Shown piece by piece: positions 9,858-18,914 of a stretch of DNA of 64,000 nt (the first letter of the stretch is position 1; every line of letters begins with the position of its first letter). Both the position numbers and the translations under genes were made by a program. Where the stretch lies: NCBI GenBank assembly GCA_041659905.1, contig JBAZXK010000002.1:201832-265831 (forward strand), read 5' to 3'. The notes beneath the pieces are model-generated. The model searched no databases, was not told where the DNA came from, and worked only from the letters and a program-made list of their open reading frames with translations. The DNA is from Patescibacteria group bacterium (lineage in GTDB: Bacteria; Patescibacteriota; Kazan-3B-28; UBA10110).

Positions 9858-11402
9858 ATGGAAAATTGGTTAACGATTTTACTCTGGGTAGTCGGGGGAG
9901 GTTTGCTTGGCTATTATATTCGGCTCGCTTTAGCGCAACGCAAAGTCAGCCATGCCGAAGCCGAAGCCGATAAAATTCTCAAAAAGGCTCAGGAAAAACT
10001 GGAAGACGCCGGCAAACGCGAGAAAGAAATTGTTATTACCGCCAAAGAAGAAGCTTCCAAAATTCGCGAACGCGTCGAAAAGGAAGAACAACAACGGCGA
10101 CTAGAGCTTTTAGAGTTAGAAAAACGCCTGCGCCAGAAGGATGAAACTTTAGACAAACGGGCGATGGAACTCGATAAGAAACAAGAGGCGGTTTTTGATC
10201 AGGATAAAGAGATTAAAGAGGTTAAAGAAGAAATCATCAAAATCCGCGAGCAGCAAGAAAGTAAGCTGTCGGCCATTGCTAAGCTAACCAAAGAGGAGGC
10301 TAAAGAATTATTACTAAAACGGACGGAAAAAGACGCCAAAGACGATATCGTCAAACTCATGCACGATATCGAAAGCCAAGCCCGAGAGGAAGCTGATTCT
10401 AAGGCCAGAGATATTATTGCCACTGCCATTCAGCGCTATGCCGGTGAAACGGCCGTCGAATCGACTACCTATGCAGTGCCGATCCCCTCTGACGAAATGA
10501 AAGGGCGGATTATCGGTAAAGAAGGCCGCAATATTCAGGCTTTCGAACGGGCTACTGGTGTCGATCTGATCGTTGACGATACACCGGACGTGGTAGTAAT
10601 TTCCTGCTTTGATCCGGTGCGTCGGGCGATTGCTAAAAATGCTTTAGAAAAGCTAGTTTCCGATGGCCGCATTCAACCGGCTCGGATTGAAGAAGTGGTC
10701 GAGAGAGCTCAAAAAGAGATCGCAGCTGAGATTAAGAAAGCCGGCGAAGAAGCGGTGATGGAATTGGGCTTAACTGGTCTGCCGATAGATCTAGTCAAGA
10801 TCATCGGTCGGCTGAAGTATCGCACCAGTTACGGACAGAATATTTTGCATCATTCAGTAGAATCAGGGCATCTGGCAGGACTCATGGCAGCTCAGATCGG
10901 AGCTGATGTCCGTTTGTCTAAACTGGCGGCTTTAATGCACGATGTTGGTAAAGCCTTGGATCATGAATTCGAAGGTGGCCATGCTGAACTTTCCCGAGAT
11001 ATCGCCATCAAATACGGTTTACCGAAAGAGGTTATTCAGGCAGTCGAGGTGTCTCACGAGGGATCCGGCGGGCCAAAAAGCGCTATCGATTTCATCTCTA
11101 TGGCAGCCGATGCCATTTCGTCCTCCCGTCCCGGAGCGCGTCGCGAAAGCTTGGAACAATTCATTAAACGCTTGAGTGATCTGGAAAATATTGCCAAAAG
11201 TTTCCCCGGGATTGATCGGGTTTATGCCATTCAGGCCGGACGCGAAGTCCGGGTGATGGTGATCCCGGAAGAAGTAGACGATCTGGGTATTATTAAGATG
11301 GCTAAGGAGATGGCGCAAAAGATTGAAAAAGAAATGACCTATCCAGGAACGGTGCGGGTTAATATTATCCGGGAGCTTCGGGCTGAAGAAACTGCTAAAT
11401 AA
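9858..11402 (+). CDS. rny: Ribonuclease Y
   Basis: N-terminal TM helix, coiled-coil, KH domain (GRIIGKEGRNIQAFE) and HD domain (LMHDVGKALDHE). Confidence 0.85.
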   Translation: MENWLTILLWVVGGGLLGYYIRLALAQRKVSHAEAEADKILKKAQEKLEDAGKREKEIVITAKEEASKIRERVEKEEQQRRLELLELEKRLRQKDETLDKRAMELDKKQEAVFDQDKEIKEVKEEIIKIREQQESKLSAIAKLTKEEAKELLLKRTEKDAKDDIVKLMHDIESQAREEADSKARDIIATAIQRYAGETAVESTTYAVPIPSDEMKGRIIGKEGRNIQAFERATGVDLIVDDTPDVVVISCFDPVRRAIAKNALEKLVSDGRIQPARIEEVVERAQKEIAAEIKKAGEEAVMELGLTGLPIDLVKIIGRLKYRTSYGQNILHHSVESGHLAGLMAAQIGADVRLSKLAALMHDVGKALDHEFEGGHAELSRDIAIKYGLPKEVIQAVEVSHEGSGGPKSAIDFISMAADAISSSRPGARRESLEQFIKRLSDLENIAKSFPGIDRVYAIQAGREVRVMVIPEEVDDLGIIKMAKEMAQKIEKEMTYPGTVRVNIIRELRAEETAK

Positions 11403-11442
11403 GATTACTCAACATCACTAATCATAAAATTCACCTAAAGAA

Positions 11443-12714
11443 ATGCTAGAAGTTAAAAAAGCTGTTCTCGAGAATCGCTTAAGAATCGATGTCGTGCCGA
11501 TGAAATCAACGGAAACGGTGGCTGTGTTTATTAAAGCTCGGGCCGGTTCTCGTTATGAGGGCGATAACAACAGAGGGATTGCTCACTTTTTAGAGCACAT
11601 GTTCTTTAAAGGGGGCGATCGCTATCCGACTCCCCGCTCGGTGGCGGAAGCCGTGGATGGCGTGGGCGGAGTTTTTAACGCCTTTACCGGCAATGATACG
11701 GTGGGTTATTACATCAAGGTCGCCAAGGAGAATATCGAGCTAGCTTTCGATGTCTTATCTGATATGCTGCTCAACTCTAAGTTCAAACAGGACGATATCG
11801 ACCGAGAAAAAGGGGTAATTATCGAAGAATACAATATGTACCAAGATAATCCCCGCTCGGTTTTGGCGGATGAGTTTCAAAAACTAATGTATGGGGACCA
11901 TCCCTTGGGCAAACAGATCTTAGGCGACCTAGATTTTATCAGAAAAGCTACGCCCAAGGATTTTATTGATTATCAGAAAAAATTATACTCTCCTGCCAAT
12001 ATTGTGGTGGGCGTAGCCGGAAATACTACCTTGGCAGAGGTGAAAAGTCTGGTCAATAAATATCTCAAACTAGATAAAGGTGGTAAAAAAAATCTTCCCT
12101 TGCCTTACACGACTCCTAAAACATATAAAAATCGGCTGAAAGTTATTTATAAAAAAACTGAGCAGGCGCATTTAGCGATAGGAATGCCCACCTTCGGCGG
12201 TTTAAACCCCGATAGATACGTTGCAGACGTGTTAGCGGTGATTCTGGGCGACGGAATGAGTTCGAGGCTGTTTACGAGCGTTAGAGAGCGTCACGGACTA
12301 GCTTACTATGTGTGGGCGAGTCACGATATGTATGCCGATGCCGGAAATTTTGTGATTGGTGCCGGTGTTACCATTAAAAAAGTTGATTTTGCGATCAAAT
12401 TAATTTTAGACGAGCTCACAGAAATCATGGCCTCCCCGGTTCCGGCTCAAGAACTCAAGAAAGCTAAGCAATCTATCATTGGGCACATGGCTTTACGCTT
12501 GGAAAGTTCAGATACGGTTGCCAATGAGATAGCTTATCAGGAGTTGTTGTACGATAAGGTCGAGTCATTAGCTGAAGTTAAACGGAAATATCGGGCGGTG
12601 ACGGCGGAAGAGGTGCAAAAACTAGCCAAAAGGATCTTCCAAAAAGATAAGATTCTGTTAGCCGTGATCGGGCCGTATGCCGATAAAGAGAAATTTGCTA
12701 AGCTGATAAAGTAA
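11443..12714 (+). CDS. M16-family (pitrilysin-like) zinc peptidase
   Basis: Inverted zinc motif HFLEHMFFKG and M16 architecture. Confidence 0.75.
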   Translation: MLEVKKAVLENRLRIDVVPMKSTETVAVFIKARAGSRYEGDNNRGIAHFLEHMFFKGGDRYPTPRSVAEAVDGVGGVFNAFTGNDTVGYYIKVAKENIELAFDVLSDMLLNSKFKQDDIDREKGVIIEEYNMYQDNPRSVLADEFQKLMYGDHPLGKQILGDLDFIRKATPKDFIDYQKKLYSPANIVVGVAGNTTLAEVKSLVNKYLKLDKGGKKNLPLPYTTPKTYKNRLKVIYKKTEQAHLAIGMPTFGGLNPDRYVADVLAVILGDGMSSRLFTSVRERHGLAYYVWASHDMYADAGNFVIGAGVTIKKVDFAIKLILDELTEIMASPVPAQELKKAKQSIIGHMALRLESSDTVANEIAYQELLYDKVESLAEVKRKYRAVTAEEVQKLAKRIFQKDKILLAVIGPYADKEKFAKLIK

Positions 12715-12735
12715 TAATCTTTAAACATAAGAACT

Positions 12736-13287
12736 ATGCAAGACATGATTGAACGAACTTTTGCCATGATTAAGCCCGATGGAGTGGCGCGCGGCTTGAC
12801 CGGTCAGATTATTACTGATTTTGAGCGCTCCGGACTAAAGTTAGTCGGTTTAAAGATGTTATTGCCAGAGCGTAGTCTGGTAGAAAAGCATTATTCTGGA
12901 GACAATGCCTGGATAGCTAATCTCGGTCAACGCACTATGGATGGTTGTATAGAATTAGGGATGGATTTAGCTAAGGAGTACGGCACTACCGACACCTTAG
13001 AGTTAGGTAAACAAATCAAGGAATGGTTGATCGACTATATCTGCAGTGGTCCGGTAGTGGCTATGGTCTGGGAAGGCATGGTCGCTGTTTCTAATGTCAG
13101 GAGGTTATGCGGAAATACCATTCCCAATAAAGCTGAACCAGGTTCCATTAGAGGTAAATATGGGTTAGACTCGGCTATCTCAGCTAATTCGCAAAAACGG
13201 CCCGTATTCAATATCATCCATGCCTCAGGCAACGCAGAAGAAGCTGCCACTGAAATTAAATTGTGGTTTCCTGAGTTGGTTAAGTAA
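12736..13287 (+). CDS. ndk: Nucleoside diphosphate kinase with ~35-aa internal insertion
   Basis: FAMIKPDGVARGL..., SGPVVAMVWEG, NIIHASGN (catalytic His). 183 aa versus ~140 aa canonical. Confidence 0.8.
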   Translation: MQDMIERTFAMIKPDGVARGLTGQIITDFERSGLKLVGLKMLLPERSLVEKHYSGDNAWIANLGQRTMDGCIELGMDLAKEYGTTDTLELGKQIKEWLIDYICSGPVVAMVWEGMVAVSNVRRLCGNTIPNKAEPGSIRGKYGLDSAISANSQKRPVFNIIHASGNAEEAATEIKLWFPELVK

Positions 13288-13322
13288 AAATTTATCCGCT
13301 ATCCCCTATTTTACCGTCCTAG

Positions 13323-13357
13323 ATTGTCGCCGAACAAGGGCGGCAATTTGATTTATT
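13323..13357 (+). terminator. Hairpin + T-run after ndk
   Basis: attgtcgccgaacaagggcggcaatttgatttatt: 9-bp stem with one mismatch, followed by a T-rich tract. Confidence 0.35.
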
Positions 13358-13722
13358 GACTTTAACAAGAGTGTATGTCAAAATCTAACTGCGGTATTTT
13401 TTTGGTTATCTAATAATCAAATTACCCAGGGCAAACGCCGAAAACTCGGGTTAACTGAGTTTTGACCCAACATTGCGTTTCCCGCTTATAGCTTTTGCTC
13501 CTTAACACATTAATCTTGTATACAACAGCTGCTAGGATTGATATCTTAGCACCAAGCTGTTTTATAAGGGAGAGACCTGGGAGCCAGTTTAGTTTGCCGC
13601 AGTATATGCGCCGAACTTGGAGTAGATTGTCGATTCTCATATGGTTAAGCTGTTCAGGTCAAAGACATGCCTCGGTCTCTCCTTTTTTCTTTTCATCTCT
13701 AGTCCTTACATTCAATCCGTAC

Positions 13723-13753
13723 CCCCCTGGCTTTAAAAGTCAGGGGGTTTTAT
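13723..13753 (+). terminator. Orphan rho-independent terminator (no CDS upstream)
   Basis: cccccctggctttaaaagtcagggggttttatt: 7-bp GC stem then TTTTATT. Confidence 0.4.
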
Positions 13754-13893
13754 TATGTCGAAGTCAGCCATATCGAAAATAAATTCTCGACCAAAGAATT
13801 ATTATATAAACAGTTATTGTTTACCAAAGCGGATCAAGGATAGTCAGTTTCTCAAAAACTGGTTTTTTAGGCTATTTCGACAGTGGATAACCA

Positions 13894-14420
13894 CCTCACA
13901 TGGGGTGCTAACCCCACATTAAAACACAGCTCTAGTGGCGGAGTTTTGGGTTGACATGCCATGCTAACCCCCATTTCAAAAATTTTTCTACACCTAAGAG
14001 GCTAAAGATATTTAGACAGTTGTCTAAATATAGGGTTGATAGGGCATGTGAGGTACCTAGCACCCCATGTTAACCCTAACGGCCTTTGGGTTGGTAGGCC
14101 ATGTTAACCCAAAGAGCTAAAATTGCTTAACTACTATTTATATATAATATATAGAGCTATAGCGCAAAATAGGCGATTGGTATGTCAGTAAATATTGACC
14201 GGGGTTAACAACCCATGTTAACCTCAAAGTGGTAGGGTTAACATGCCATGTGAGGTACCTAGCACCCCATGTTAACCCCAAAGGGCATTTTTTGGATCAT
14301 TCATAGGAGAAGAGTGTTGGGGTTGGTAACCCATGTTAACAAGTTAGCACCCCATGTTAACCTCAAGGCAAAAATGAGCCATAGTAAATAACTTTTAACC
14401 TAACATGCCATGCTAACCCT
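13894..14420. repeat. Array of >=8 copies of CCATGTTAACC / GGTTAACATGG (variant CATGCTAACCC), plus twice-repeated catgtgaggtacctagcaccccatgttaacc
   Basis: Read directly at ~13894, 13955, 14063, 14098, 14201, 14235, 14246, 14321, 14344 and 14401. Both orientations occur. Confidence 0.6.
14008..14031. promoter_or_regulatory. 24-bp perfect palindrome ATATTTAGACA-gt-TGTCTAAATAT (candidate operator)
   Basis: 11-bp arms are exact reverse complements with a 2-bp spacer. Confidence 0.5.
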
Positions 14421-15015
14421 CGAAAAAGCCCAAGAAATGGTTGATACAGCAACTGAACAACCAAATTCAGTAAAAGAAGCTGCTATTACGGTTGTTAATC
14501 ATGTGTCAGAAAATAATTCTGGCACGGTTGTGACAGATTTTCATACTGGATCCACCCCTAGTGTAGACGGAGACTTGCATTCATTGGCCGAGGTAACCCG
14601 GCTTTTAAAGATATCCGAAAATCGCCTTCGCCACTGGGAAAAGTCCTTCAATCAGGTGTTGTCTAACCACCGTAATCAGTACAACCATCGGATGTTTACG
14701 GAGGCGGATGTAAAAATACTCGAGCGCATTAAATTTTTGCAGGATTCCAAGCTTTATACCAAAGAGGGGATTGTAGCTCGGTTGAACTCTAAACTCCGAG
14801 ACAAAGGAGGTACGGGGACTGTCAATGCGGCAGAAAAGCAGTATCAACAAAAGCTGTTAGTGGCGCTCAACACCTTAGCCACAGAGATAAAAGGGTTGCG
14901 TCGGGAAGTACGTGAAGATCTAAGAGGGGATTTAAAGAAAGAGTTGGATCACCTTACGTTGTTGCTATTTCCTCCTCAAAAGGAGAGAAAGTGGTACCAA
15001 ATCTTTAAGAAGTAA
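14410..15015 (+). CDS. MerR-family-like HTH transcriptional regulator
   Basis: LAEVTRLLKISENRLRHWEK...MFTEADVKILERIKFLQ matches the MerR HTH-wing pattern. Start uncertain (alternative ATG at 14437). The reported start overlaps a repeat copy. Confidence 0.5.
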   Translation: MLTLEKAQEMVDTATEQPNSVKEAAITVVNHVSENNSGTVVTDFHTGSTPSVDGDLHSLAEVTRLLKISENRLRHWEKSFNQVLSNHRNQYNHRMFTEADVKILERIKFLQDSKLYTKEGIVARLNSKLRDKGGTGTVNAAEKQYQQKLLVALNTLATEIKGLRREVREDLRGDLKKELDHLTLLLFPPQKERKWYQIFKK

Positions 15016-15021
15016 ATAAGT

Positions 15022-15286
15022 TCCTCCCCTTACCGAGGGGAGGTTAGGGGAGGTGGGAGTATATTCCATCCCTTTGATTTTGTAAAATCAACAAACTCAT
15101 TCTTTCGCTACCACTTTGCTCGTCTTTGGTGGTAGCACCGAAAGGACGGCCAAGTCGTCGGGATGATGAAAGGGCTAAATTTCTAGGTATTTTTCTGGCC
15201 AAACTCGGCCGATAGCCTATCGGCCTCAAACATGGCCTCACCCTTAGAAATTTAACTCCTATCCTTATCATCCCTCCTCCAATGGC
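15022..15286. repeat. Repeated structured element, copy A (candidate ncRNA, ~265 nt)
   Basis: Shares the motifs GAGGGGAGGTTAGGGGAGGTGGGAGTATATTCC, CCTTTGATTTTGTAAAATCA, ATGAAAgGGC...AAACTCG and TCCTCCAATG with copy B at 54916-55180. Hairpins show compensatory substitutions between copies. Confidence 0.5.
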
Positions 15287-15389
15287 TTAAGGGAAAACAC
15301 TCCAGCTCCAATGCTCGGTCAGGAGAAAAAACGCTCAAGTTCCAAGGTCTGGTTATGGGGAAAGAAGGAGGGAATGAGTAACGTTTGAA

Positions 15390-15422
15390 TAAAAAACCAG
15401 GCGCCGGGTAGGCGCCTTTGTT
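15390..15422 (-). terminator. Rho-independent terminator for the minus-strand gene 15448-15930
   Basis: On the minus strand: ggcgcctacccggcgcctggttttttatt. Confidence 0.5.
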
Positions 15423-15447
15423 CGGTTAGGTACGATTTGTCCTGTTG

Positions 15448-15930
15448 TTACAGCTTACTGCTGTCTTTTTTCTCTAGAAAGGTAGCCAGGTCACCTATTC
15501 TTGCCTCCGATGGATACAGCAGCTTGGAGATCATCGTCCGGACGTCGTCGACACTGGTCAAGGTAAAATCTGAAAAATCTACAGTAACTCCAGGGTCGAT
15601 CCAGCCATGGTCGGCCAGGGCTTCAATCAGAGCTGACATGTGTACTTCGTTGGTGAGATCAAAGATGCCGATGAGGTAGAAAGCGGGTTTACCGCTGTTT
15701 ACAGCTTCTCCGATGATGTATGTTTCGGATACATCATCCATAACAGAAGCATAGTAGGTGTCGATCGTGAAGGTTTCTTCTTCCAGGTCAATGATGTCAA
15801 ACACTGATCCATCTGGCCTCAACGCCTGGTATTCAGGGGCATCCGACACAAAGATCAATACAGGTAGTGGCAGTTCCTCTTTTGTTTCTCGAGAGGCGAA
15901 CTCCGCTATAATCAGGTTGCCAAGGTGCAT
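15448..15930 (-). CDS. Hypothetical acidic protein (160 aa)
   Basis: Start trimmed to MHLGN. The upstream minus-strand sequence contains AGGGAGG 8 nt before this ATG. Confidence 0.45.
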   Translation of the reverse strand: MHLGNLIIAEFASRETKEELPLPVLIFVSDAPEYQALRPDGSVFDIIDLEEETFTIDTYYASVMDDVSETYIIGEAVNSGKPAFYLIGIFDLTNEVHMSALIEALADHGWIDPGVTVDFSDFTLTSVDDVRTMISKLLYPSEARIGDLATFLEKKDSSKL

Positions 15931-16075
15931 AATTGTGCACCTCCCTTTCTTTGATTTGAGATACATCCGAGGTCATTTCAGATGACCATCAGGAATAATC
16001 TAGTCTAGCACAGGAAAAATGCTTAAGCAACCCTGTTGTTAGCAGTATAATAGCAGGAGTGTTAATATCGGAGTT

Positions 16076-17515
16076 ATGGCGAAGCAGTTAAAATTATTCG
16101 GGAAACCAACTAAGAAGACGAAATCTAGCGTTAAAACTAAAGGTCGCCCCGATGTCCCGAACCCAAGGGTTTCGGGAAGCGGGGCCAATGTCGCAAAGCG
16201 ACATTGGCATTGGACGGATTATTTTGTGTCCAGTCCACTTAAAGTTACTCCTAAGAAACAGCGGAAAGTTTCCGTGGTTTTTGTGATGATGAGCGGGGGA
16301 GTCGATTCTTCGGCCACGGCCTATCTCCTAAAAGAGCAAGGATTTGAGGTGGTGGGAGTGTATATGAAAAATTGGTCTTTCCCGATCAAGCGGATTCAGG
16401 AGTGTCCGCTGTACCAGGATTATAAAGATATGGTCAAGGTGTGCAAATTCCTCAAGATTCCTTATCAGGTCTGGAGTTTTGAAAAGGATTACCGCAAACG
16501 GGTAATTGATCCGTTTTTTGTGGGTTATCAGGAGGGATTAACTCCTAATCCGGATGTGATGTGCAACACCGAGATTAAATTTGATGATTTCCTGAAAAAA
16601 GCGTTAAAGATGGGGGCGGATTATATCGCCACTGGCCACCATATCAGGAGTCGTTGTGCCGATCCCAAGTCTTTTAAACTCCTTTCTTCTGTCATCCCGA
16701 CAACTTCTTCTGTCATCCCGACAACTTCTTCTGTCATCCCGACCGGAGTGGAGGGATCTAAATCTGGCGTGAGAGATTCCTCGATTTCACTCGGAATGAC
16801 AAAAAGTAAAGCTCGGAATGACGGCAACAACAAAATCTGTAAGGATTACCAGCTTTTAAAGGGCAAAGACCCCATTAAAGATCAAACCTATTTTGTTTAC
16901 CGGCTTACCCAGGAACAGCTCAAGAAATGTATCTTCCCGGTAGGGGATTATGTCAAAACTGATCTTCGGGCCATGGCGAAAAAGGTAAATTTGCCGACTG
17001 CCGAGCGGCGCGATAGCCAAGGCATCTGTTTTATTGGGAATATTAATGTGAAATCCTTTCTGAAGACTAAACTACCCGAAAAAGAAGGGGATATCGTGAC
17101 TAAAGAGGGCAAAAAGATCGGTAAACATGAAGGGGCTTGGTTTTATACGATTGGACAAAGGAGGATTGAAGGCCTGTCTGGCATGGTGAAGCCAATGTAT
17201 GTCATCGGCAAAAACATGAAGAAAAACCAGGTGATTGTAGGTGATGACAAAGATACCTACAATAAAATCGCTCGGCTATCCAACTTCCATTTAATTAATA
17301 ATAAAACCGTTAAACCGATCGATTTGATGGGGATTATCTTAACTGCTAAATCCCGCTATACGCCGGAAACCAGTCGAGGCAAACTGGGTAAAGACAAAAA
17401 GGGTTACTTTTTTGAATTTGTGAAGCCGGAACGAGCCATCACCCCCGGCCAATCCCTGGTTCTCTATAAAGGCGAAATTTGCCTGGGCGGCGGTATTATT
17501 ACTAGTGCTAGATAG
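16076..17515 (+). CDS. mnmA: tRNA 2-thiouridylase MnmA, with a Lys-rich N-terminal extension and a ~55-aa internal insertion
   Basis: VVFVMMSGGVDSS (PP-loop), TPNPDVMCN, ADYIATGHH, KDQTYFVY, DSQGICFIG. Start uncertain: alternative GTG near 16268 gives a canonical N-terminus. Confidence 0.8.
   Translation: MAKQLKLFGKPTKKTKSSVKTKGRPDVPNPRVSGSGANVAKRHWHWTDYFVSSPLKVTPKKQRKVSVVFVMMSGGVDSSATAYLLKEQGFEVVGVYMKNWSFPIKRIQECPLYQDYKDMVKVCKFLKIPYQVWSFEKDYRKRVIDPFFVGYQEGLTPNPDVMCNTEIKFDDFLKKALKMGADYIATGHHIRSRCADPKSFKLLSSVIPTTSSVIPTTSSVIPTGVEGSKSGVRDSSISLGMTKSKARNDGNNKICKDYQLLKGKDPIKDQTYFVYRLTQEQLKKCIFPVGDYVKTDLRAMAKKVNLPTAERRDSQGICFIGNINVKSFLKTKLPEKEGDIVTKEGKKIGKHEGAWFYTIGQRRIEGLSGMVKPMYVIGKNMKKNQVIVGDDKDTYNKIARLSNFHLINNKTVKPIDLMGIILTAKSRYTPETSRGKLGKDKKGYFFEFVKPERAITPGQSLVLYKGEICLGGGIITSAR
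16686..16800. repeat. 21-bp tandem x3 (cttctgtcatcccgacaactt) followed by a 68-bp palindromic element, all in-frame within mnmA
   Basis: Encodes SSVIPTTSSVIPTTSSVIPTGVEGSKSGVRDSSISLGMT. Element: gtcatcccgaccggagtggagggatct...agattcctcgatttcactcggaatgac. Confidence 0.65.
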
Positions 17516-17548
17516 AAAAACCGCCTCCATGGAAGGAGGGGTTTTGTG
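17516..17548 (+). terminator. Terminator after mnmA
   Basis: ccgcctccatggaaggaggggttttgt. Confidence 0.5.
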
Positions 17549-17601
17549 GCGATAAACGCCAATAACTTATGCGTGCACTCTGATAGTGGTGTTACCCTGT
17601 A

Positions 17602-17877
17602 TCACGATTTCGTCAACGCATTTGTTGCCAGACCCACTAGGACAATCGCTACCAGTATCGGCCAGAAGAGTAAACAGTACGCCATGGCTTCCCGGGGTCT
17701 GAATTTATAATCCGATGAGGATAAAATGCATGCCATGTCTTCAGCCAAACATTCCCAGAAAAGTGAAGGGCTGACTGTGTCTGCGTACCTATAGTCACAT
17801 AGGGGAGGCAGTGTGAGTGCACAGGCAACGCCAGCGATAAGGTACAACATTCCTATTATTATTCCGCTTTCAATCAT
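17602..17877 (-). CDS. Small Cys-containing membrane protein (hypothetical)
   Basis: Two hydrophobic helices. No motif recognised. Confidence 0.3.
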   Translation of the reverse strand: MIESGIIIGMLYLIAGVACALTLPPLCDYRYADTVSPSLFWECLAEDMACILSSSDYKFRPREAMAYCLLFWPILVAIVLVGLATNALTKS

Positions 17878-18139
17878 TATTGGTCTCCTTTCATTCGCGG
17901 TATGACTTATTTAAATCATAGGAGCCGATGTGTGTCAACTTTGCAATATAAGAGGTGATATTGCTTTTTTGACATGTTTTGCGTATAATCAGGTGGACAA
18001 AATTTAAGATTTACGCATCCTTAATGGCACCCAAAATGTCAGATAAGTCATATTGGAATTATCCGCTCCCAGAGCTGATAATTTATGATGTCTGTAACAA
18101 ATTGGACGGTTCTATCGTTATATCTAACGTAAGAGTTTA

Positions 18140-18688
18140 ATGCCCATTTCAAACTTACATCCTGCATCTACAAAGACCCCCGAGCACTTAGTGCTTCGGG
18201 CAGCCAAGGGTGACAACAAGGCCTTTGGCGCCATTTATGAACTTTGGGCAGAACATATTTACCGCTTCGTTTATTTAAAAACTAGAGACGAAAGTAGCGC
18301 TGAAGACATTACAGCCGAAGTTTTCTTAAAGGTTTGGAAGGGGATTAAAACTTTCAAGCCGAAAGCAGACACTAAATTTTCCACTTGGCTGTTTGCCATC
18401 GCTCGAAATAGTGTGATCGATTACTATCGCACCACGCGCCAAACTATCCCTTTCGACAATTTACCAGAATTGGTTGATATCGAAGGGGAGGTGGATTTGT
18501 ACCCGGAACGAGGTCGGCTCCAGCAAGCGTTGGAAGAACTTAAGCCGGAATACAAACAAGTTTTGGTGCTGCGGTATGTCGAAGATCAGCCCATTGCCAA
18601 AGTTGCCCAAATTATGAAGAAAAAAGAGGGCAATGTTCGTGCTTTGACGCATCGAGCTCTTCAAGAGCTCAAAACACGTTTATCTTAG
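18140..18688 (+). CDS. RNA polymerase sigma-70 factor, ECF subfamily
   Basis: Region 2 (AEHIYRFVYLKT...DITAEVFLKVW) and region 4 HTH (QVLVLRYVEDQPIAKVAQIM). Confidence 0.8.
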   Translation: MPISNLHPASTKTPEHLVLRAAKGDNKAFGAIYELWAEHIYRFVYLKTRDESSAEDITAEVFLKVWKGIKTFKPKADTKFSTWLFAIARNSVIDYYRTTRQTIPFDNLPELVDIEGEVDLYPERGRLQQALEELKPEYKQVLVLRYVEDQPIAKVAQIMKKKEGNVRALTHRALQELKTRLS

Positions 18689-18764
18689 TCCAGACTCGCT
18701 CTGCTCTAAAGCAGAGGTAGCGATTGCGCCGAGAAGGGTTAGGAAACTGGGGGAATTCCCGTTT

Positions 18765-18822
18765 GTCATTCCGACCGCAGTGGAGGAATCTCATGAGATC
18801 CTTCGACTCCGCTCAGGATGAC
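18765..18822. repeat. Palindromic element, copy 2
   Basis: gtcattccgaccgcagtggaggaatctcatgagatccttcgactccgctcaggatgac. Confidence 0.65.
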
Positions 18823-18914
18823 GGCGCAAGGAATACGCCGTCAGTTAATAATTTATCAGATATTAAAGAGCTTATTAAGTTAATAAGCAGTTATTTTTAT
18901 TAATAATTCTTTCT

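Noticed and set aside
13870-14200. Chromosomal oriC
   Set aside because: Only one DnaA-box-like sequence. No dnaA, dnaN or gidA nearby. The repeats are GTTAAC-type, not DnaA boxes. Kept only as an 'origin-like/iteron' hypothesis.
15044-15271. Minus-strand 75-aa ORF with a perfect GGAGGAG SD inside repeated element A
   Set aside because: The equivalent frame in copy B is broken after 2-34 codons. Conservation is at nucleotide and structure level, not protein.
16686-16748. Tandem direct repeats (21 bp x3 here; 23 bp x2.6 at 31733-31790) considered as a CRISPR array
   Set aside because: Only 2-3 contiguous units with no spacers. One is inside a coding sequence. No cas genes. They are tandem duplications of the palindromic-element end.
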